In this document: positions 62,027 to 64,000 of the stretch, piece after piece | Layout of the letters: every line of letters begins with the position of its first letter | Numbering within the stretch: position 1 is the stretch's first letter | Assembly (NCBI RefSeq): GCF_018350175.1 | Contig: NC_058368.1 | Coordinates: 214,398,001-214,462,000, forward strand | Direction of reading: 5' to 3' | Source of the DNA: Felis catus | Taxonomy: Eukaryota | Length of the DNA: 64,000 nucleotides | Notes under the pieces: model-generated | Database searches by the model: none | Told to the model about the DNA's origin: nothing | What the model saw: only the letters and a program-made list of their open reading frames with translations | Program-made: the position numbers and the translations under genes

Positions 62027-64000
62027 GAAAGATAACTTAAAATGTAATATTGACAGGCATTTTTCTTTTGAGTTTTGCATTTAATATATCTCTTTGCTAT
62101 TTGAACTATTTTAGATGTACTTCTAAATGTACTTCTAAAGGCGAGATATGAATTCTTTTCTTGATAATGGCTTAGAGACAATGATAAGAGGTAGTAGTAC
62201 AGTGCAGAGTAGATGTGATTTTATATGAGAGTGTCCCATACTGTGAATCTAACAGATATGTCAGAAGAAAACATGTTAAGAATGACAGCTTTAGATAAAC
62301 TTGAAAATTAGGAATGGTTAATATTATAAGCAGATTGTAACAGATTGTTACAATTGGCATGTACGAATGCTTTTTTTTCTTTGACTTTTCACTATGATTT
62401 TCCCATTGCTTTATACAGCAGAAGTGATTTGATTTTATCAAAGTGTCTTCAGTTTCTTGTATTAATAGCTACATCACATGGCATGAATTCAGGGGCATGT
62501 ACAATGCAGACTGATTTAATTTCTTTGGACGTTTCTTAATTTGAGGGATCTTCAATCCTCCAAATTGAAATTTCCAATAAGAGGCCACTGTCAAGCACTT
62601 TTACACATTAACACCTTCCATAGCTTATAGGTTCAGAACGTTAAATAGTTTCTATAGTTTTTCCACTTCCGAATTAGTAAATAGCATAGTGAATTACTTG
62701 CAGGTAGCATGAGTTGGCTTCCAAATCCAGGTATTCCATGACCTTCCCAATAATTTTTAGTCAGATAAAATTCAATACTATAATTATTTTAAGACTGGGA
62801 AGGGAAAAATTGAGTTTATGAAGTCAAATAAAAATAAAATGAGAATAATTCTTATTTAAGACTGCCACCAAGTGAAAATCACAGAGGGAATTCCTTCCGA
62901 ATTCATAGAGACCTCATGTAACTGTGGTTGAGGTTGGGCTCATTGTGATCAGATGAACAGAAATGTTAGGCAAGTACAAGTTACTCTTTTTAAATACATT
63001 AGCATAAAATGATTAGAACCAGTACCTTTTCTAGTTGAACACTGGACTCCATGAAAGTGATTTTACTTGATTTTGGACTCTCTGACTAAATCTGCTGAAA
63101 TATTTGGTCAATTTAATTTACTGTAATTCATTAAGACTGTCTCATATGCACCAGGACAGTTGTTAGGTTTCATAAATACAGATTTTTGTAGATACAAGAT
63201 TGTTTAATCATATCAAACCATTCCATGGTTATATGGACAGAACATTAGTAAACTGAATATCAGTTGTCACGCTTCTTGAATATTCAGTGTCCTTTATGAA
63301 ACAAATATGCAATATACCTACTCAGCGCATTTCCAAAACCTGATAACTAAGAAGATTCTAAATAAATAAGAAGACTCTTTCCAGGTCGTTTCTATCTTGG
63401 GATCACTGTGGGATTGTAGTGCACATAAATCTTTTACAAAATATGTATATCAAGACATTGTTGCCTCCTCCCTTTTTTTTTTAATACACACACAGCCTAT
63501 TAAGCCTCTGCTGTGGCTTTCAATAGATGATGAAATGGAAAGTAGGAAGAGTTTCTCGTTTATTACATTGCCAGTTTAATAATTAGTTCATGACTCTGTG
63601 CTTGTGGTCAATTGCAGTATTTCTAATCTATTCCAGGGCCAGTCAATTTCAAATAATATTTCCAAATTGAAATCCATTAATCTCTTTGGTCTGACTTCAC
63701 TAAAATGTATTTATGGAACAGGTTAATTGGAGCCACCACATCCATGACTGGGGGCCAGTCATTTTGAATGATATAGGTAGCATTAGCTCATGCAAGCTCA
63801 TCCTCCAGAGCCAATGCCATACTTGCATTCTGGACCTGTGCCGTAACTGAAGGGGTCCTTTTGGAATAGAATTAATCACACTTCACCACTATTTGCAGAA
63901 GAGAACAAAGAAGAAACTGAATAGAGAAGATGAGCACCACCCAAACCAAGGGAAAGTACTCAACTCCTGTGTATGTTGAAATAAGTCAATAAATCTAGAG

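Noticed and set aside
1..64000. CRISPR arrays, operons, rRNA/tRNA genes, NUMT, intact retrovirus or CpG-island promoter
   Set aside because: None seen; the sequence is CpG-depleted mammalian non-coding DNA with only solo LTRs.

Overview
AT-rich, non-coding mammalian DNA from a cat-family (felid) genome. The assignment rests on 16 Can-SINEs (three are young, CpG-intact SINEC_Fc-type copies) and carnivore/felid-type L1 3' ends. I recognise no protein-coding exon, RNA gene or pseudogene. The ORF-track entries are chance ORFs or translations of repeats, and only decayed L1 ORF2 and L2 RT remnants resemble known proteins. Much of the window is transposon debris: Can-SINE, MIR, L1, L2, MaLR/ERV solo LTRs and MER20/MER53/MER102/Tigger2 DNA elements. 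Many are nested and several keep readable target-site duplications (TSDs). Between them lie repeat-free blocks that look like constrained non-coding sequence. A minus-strand bias of SINEs and L1s hints at a large intron of a + strand gene, but the gene cannot be named. The least explained structure is a ~670 bp segment (36322-36994) bounded by an inverted repeat that I cannot assign to a family. Also notable are a fold-back palindrome at an L1 5' junction and a repeated left-CA/right-TG pattern of CpG decay in TSD pairs. I found no convincing novel biological system. Repeat family names come from remembered consensus sequences and need Dfam/RepeatMasker confirmation. Boundaries of old repeats are approximate.
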